DNA of 64,000 nt, taken from contig CP046178.1 of NCBI GenBank assembly GCA_014075255.1, forward strand, positions 1,504,894 to 1,568,893, given 5' to 3'. Below are positions 62,467 through 64,000 of the stretch, piece by piece (the first letter of the stretch is position 1; every line of letters starts with the position of its first letter). The translations under genes were made by a program, and so were the position numbers. Source of the stretch: Gammaproteobacteria bacterium (lineage in GTDB: Bacteria > Pseudomonadota > Gammaproteobacteria > UBA4575). The notes below the pieces were generated by a model that saw only the letters and a list, made by a program, of their open reading frames with translations, ran no database searches and had not been told where the DNA came from.

Positions 62467-63135
62467 ATGAAATGCATGTTACTCGCAGCTGGATTAGGCA
62501 GACGTCTACACCCTATTACAGATAAAATTCCTAAACCTTTAGTTGAGGTCGCAGGAAAACCACTTATTGAATATCATTTAGAAAACTTAAAATCCGCAGG
62601 TTTCAAGGAAATCGTTATCAATCTTTCGCATCTAGGCGAAATGATAGAAGAGCATCTTGGCGATGGTTCTCGATTTGATTTAGCCATTGAATATTCTCAC
62701 GAAGGCGCAACTCCACTGGAAACTGCAGGAGGAATCATTCGCGCCTTACCATTATTAGGCAATAAACCATTTTTAGTACTCAATGCAGACATTTGGTGTA
62801 ATCACTCGCTGTCATTTGCAAACCTTACACACGGCAAGCTTGCCCATATAGTGCTAGTAGATAACCCAGCACATAACCCTGATGGCGACTTCGTTTATGA
62901 ATTTGGGAGAATATATAATACTGGAAGTAGCCACTTCACCTTTAGCGGTATTGGCATATACGACCCTAATTTATTTAAAGACTTCACAGTTGAAAAACGT
63001 GCTTTAGCGCCGCTTCTTAGAGATGCAATTGATCAAGAACTTGTGAGTGCAGAATATTTTACCGGTAAGTGGTTTGATATTGGAACACAAGAACGTTTGG
63101 TGGAAACTGAAGCTTATGTATCAAAAATTAACTAA
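62467..63135 (+). CDS. murU: N-acetylmuramate alpha-1-phosphate uridylyltransferase MurU-like nucleotidyltransferase
   Basis: Full-length similarity to Pseudomonas MurU (LAAGxGxRxxPxTxxxPKPLV, PLIEYHL, GDGSRF, LVDNP.H...GDF). 222 aa. Confidence 0.7.
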   Translation: MKCMLLAAGLGRRLHPITDKIPKPLVEVAGKPLIEYHLENLKSAGFKEIVINLSHLGEMIEEHLGDGSRFDLAIEYSHEGATPLETAGGIIRALPLLGNKPFLVLNADIWCNHSLSFANLTHGKLAHIVLVDNPAHNPDGDFVYEFGRIYNTGSSHFTFSGIGIYDPNLFKDFTVEKRALAPLLRDAIDQELVSAEYFTGKWFDIGTQERLVETEAYVSKIN

Positions 63136-63158
63136 CTCTTTACAATATTCTTTATTTC

Positions 63159-63923
63159 TCAATAACCAATATATTTATACCAAAACTTACCCACGTACTC
63201 ATGCAATGCATTGCTTGTTTGTTTTAGTGCGCCAGCGTTCGGAATATACTCTTTCAATTCTGAAGTAGAGGCACTGCGTTTATAGAATACAGTCGGCGCG
63301 GAGATTGGATTTAGCCCCACGTCTTCAAAACACCACATTGCTCTAGGCATATGATAAGCATGCGTAACTAACAAAACTTTACTTATAGAATTTTCATTTA
63401 GTATTTTCTTAGTGAACATTGCATTCTCAAAAGTAGTTTTACTTTTTTCTTCCAACCATTTCACTTCAACACCAAAATCTGTTTCAAGTGTCTTTTTCAT
63501 TAACTTAGCTAAAGAATCTCGTTCATCATTCACACTGCCGCCAGAAATAATTATAGGTAGCTGATGCACTTTCGAAAGCCTTGATGCATATCGCAAGCGT
63601 TCTAATGTGGCTGCATTTACCGTATCTAGATTTGCATATTCGCGGGCTATAGGAATTCGTCCCGCTGATAGAACCACTATAGCTTGAGTATCTTGAGGCA
63701 CTTCTTTTAGAACATCATATTCAAATTGCAATGGATCCAACAATTTATGCGCCATGAACGGTGTACTGGCAAAATACAACAGTACCGATGCTAACAAAAT
63801 ACTAAAAGCAGCTGTTTTACGCAGACGAATCAACCAGAAAAATAGGCCAATTGCTAATAAGACGATAAATCCGGATGGAGGGAGCAAAATGTCGCATACA
63901 ATGCGTAATGTTTCAGAGTTCAT
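63159..63923 (-). CDS. YdcF/ElyC (DUF218) family protein
   Basis: N-terminal TM helix followed by a DUF218-like domain (VVLSAG..., IISGGS). 254 aa. Confidence 0.65.
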   Translation of the reverse strand: MNSETLRIVCDILLPPSGFIVLLAIGLFFWLIRLRKTAAFSILLASVLLYFASTPFMAHKLLDPLQFEYDVLKEVPQDTQAIVVLSAGRIPIAREYANLDTVNAATLERLRYASRLSKVHQLPIIISGGSVNDERDSLAKLMKKTLETDFGVEVKWLEEKSKTTFENAMFTKKILNENSISKVLLVTHAYHMPRAMWCFEDVGLNPISAPTVFYKRSASTSELKEYIPNAGALKQTSNALHEYVGKFWYKYIGY

Positions 63924-64000
63924 AGCTTAAGAGTAACTCAATGCTTGCTGCGCTTGAAGGTCTGCATGATAAGAAGATCGCACTAATGGACCACTGGCCA

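Overview
The window is a 64-kb chromosomal segment of roughly 40% GC from a gammaproteobacterium whose gene content suggests a methylotroph. Its layout is Pseudomonas-like: thiC with a TPP riboswitch, a TolC/WaaA operon, waaF, hldE and AmgK–MurU. Most open reading frames are confidently assignable and the window is densely coding. The blocks below are listed in window order with approximate start..end coordinates; strands and exact coordinates are in the features list.

(1) 2..5804. A partial EF-hand repeat protein, a GNAT/metalloprotease-like/trypsin-like gene trio, and two paralogous CDF metal exporters bracketing a small membrane-anchored protein.

(2) 5868..7920. thiC, under a clearly recognisable TPP riboswitch on the minus strand.

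(3) 8009..24312. An LPS inner-core locus: waaF, waaA, Kdo kinase, a second GT9 heptosyltransferase, hldE, two GT2 glycosyltransferases, an O-antigen-ligase-family protein and two further kinase-like genes. An uncharacterised radical-SAM/Gfo-Idh-MocA oxidoreductase pair and a PIMT-like/rhodanese/TolC operon are embedded in it.

(4) 24349..28298. ilvE and a glnE split by a frameshift.

(5) 28350..32264. A putative Fur box ahead of an FbpABC-type Fe3+ ABC transporter.

(6) 32437..33815. A PA2779-like small secreted protein translationally coupled to a PA2778-like C39-peptidase/TPR lipoprotein.

(7) 33983..48163. A serine-cycle/C1 island (MTHFS-like, Ftr-like, folD, sga, mcl, mtkAB, hprA, ppc, mtdA), preceded by an IlvD-family dehydratase.

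(8) 48201..53420. argE, then a hairpin-flanked low-GC mini-insert with two small ORFs. A second PA2779-like paralog follows, with two secreted hypothetical proteins, and then argA.

(9) 53527..63923. A membrane-anchored cold-shock-domain protein, then YdjM-like, OsmC, GST, tag and a glutaredoxin-like protein. Next come LemA–DUF2207, AmgK–MurU and a YdcF/DUF218 protein.

No transposases, tRNA/rRNA genes or CRISPR arrays were seen. The most plausibly undescribed systems are the radical-SAM/oxidoreductase pair inside the LPS core locus and the two PA2779-like loci, one carrying the C39/TPR peptidase.
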